Shown here: positions 62,561 through 64,000 of the stretch, in pieces
Numbering within the stretch: the first letter of the stretch is position 1
Layout of the letters: every line of letters begins with the position of its first letter
Made by a program: the position numbers and the translations under genes
Notes under the pieces: generated by a model
Told to the model about the DNA's origin: nothing
The model's input: the letters and a program-made list of their open reading frames with translations, nothing else
Databases searched by the model: none
NCBI GenBank assembly: GCA_035221665.1
Contig: CM069145.1
Location: 16,306,001-16,370,000, forward strand
Source of the DNA: Okamejei kenojei
Lineage: Eukaryota
DNA: 64,000 bases
Direction: 5' to 3'

Positions 62561-64000
62561 TACTTTATGTGACCTCTAATGATTTCAAGGTCAGGTACTT
62601 AATGGAGAGTGTCTATACCGGAAGCACCATGATAGCTTAAGCAGACTATCCAATTTGTAATGCATTTCTTGGAAGCCTAACAATTGATACAGTACAGAGG
62701 TAGATGCTGTGATGACTGGTAAAACATGGCATGCATTGTAATCAGCAGTTGCCAAAGCTGAGTAACTGTACCTAAAGCAGCAGTGCCCTGATTATTGCAA
62801 TATAGATGAGTTACTTTCTCTATTTTAAAATATGGTTGTCCAATCAAGTGAATAAACAATATTGTGTCTGTATAACTTGAGATTGCATACTAGTGTCAAA
62901 TTTACCTTCAACCCTCAGTATCCAATCAGTATGTATTTTTTACAGAATGTTTGCCAATCAATAATCAATGTGTTCTTTCTTTTCTTGTTTTCTACTTTAA
63001 AATGTTTATCATGATTTTGGATGATGTATAATATTTGTTTCTTAACAGACAAAATGCTGAATTTGGAAAATGTAGAACTGATATTCAATAATTATTAGAT
63101 ATAACAAACTTCAGAGTTCAGTTTGCTCAGAAGCTGAACTGGAATCATTGACATAAGATTTGGTTTGAAGATGCTTTATTTCATCATTTATCACAAAGCA
63201 AAATTTAGAAAGCATCTCAAACAGAGGCAAGAACTTTTATTTAGCTATGCAGTGTGATATTTACTATGTAACGTCTTTTGGACTATTGCCATTATTTATT
63301 AAGGACAATTGTAATCCAATAATGTTTTTTATCAGCATTTTTGTACTTAAACTATTTCTTGCAAAACAAAACAATTTACATTAAATCAGCTGGGAATTAA
63401 AACATTCTGAGAGTAATTTTCAGTGCACAAACTGACTTTTCATGGAAATTACAACTTAACGTCATTGTAAATGTTTTCTAAGCCTCGTCTCAATTTAATT
63501 TCCTGTGTTAATTTCCATATAATAATAATATGTATTTCCATTTTTGTAAAATATTGCTTTGCTACTTGTTACTGAAATGTTTCACAGTGAGCCTTCGAGA
63601 GATTTTGACACCAATAAATCAGACTTTCTGAATCACAGGGCATATCTTTCCTGCATTTTATTATGATTGTCGAATTTCCTGAAACTTTTATTTTCACAAT
63701 TTCTGTTTACTGATGATATTTTTAGGTAAAATTACTTTTTTCCATTTATAATTCATATTTCTCAAATACTTCCAAGTTTATAAGTGATTGGTAAAGAACA
63801 GCCAGTAAAGACTAACATAATGGATGAGCAAGTAATTGTACAGGTGCATACATGCACTATACTAACTTTAAAATACATGGGAAATATGGCAAGAGATTTA
63901 ACCAACATATCAAGGACATTAGAGCATGATATGATGCATTTTCGAACCAAATCTTATTTTCTATCTTTCCAACAGAGCTGTTGCTGCAAGAATATAGTTA

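Overview
Vertebrate non-coding DNA (intron or intergenic), AT-rich, with one assembly gap (27316-27458). The repeat families point to a cartilaginous fish, probably a skate or ray (inference): about 12 HE1-like tRNA-derived V-SINEs, many CR1/HER1-like LINE fragments, Rex1/Babar, RTE and L2 fragments, Penelope-like remnants, two Harbinger-like MITEs, a composite non-autonomous Helitron and a Mutator-like foldback element. I found no intact host gene. The ORFs I can recognise are retroelement fragments, apart from one possible discoidin-domain relic. The strongest signal is a 141-bp retroposon (58585-58725) with an 11-bp TSD and a (GAA)n tail. Its first nucleotide begins a 54-nt minimal HDV-like ribozyme fold with CPEB3-type architecture. 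It is nested inside one of more than a dozen short Penelope-derived elements, whose family carries a minimal hammerhead-like motif; some copies are in inverted pairs. Other notable items are a 122-bp near-exact local copy and a perfect 52-bp palindrome inside the Helitron, a candidate 15-nt microexon, a possible decayed F5/8-type-C (discoidin) domain, and long TE-poor stretches that may hold conserved regulatory DNA. Family names come from motif recognition, not database searches, and the boundaries of decayed repeats are approximate.
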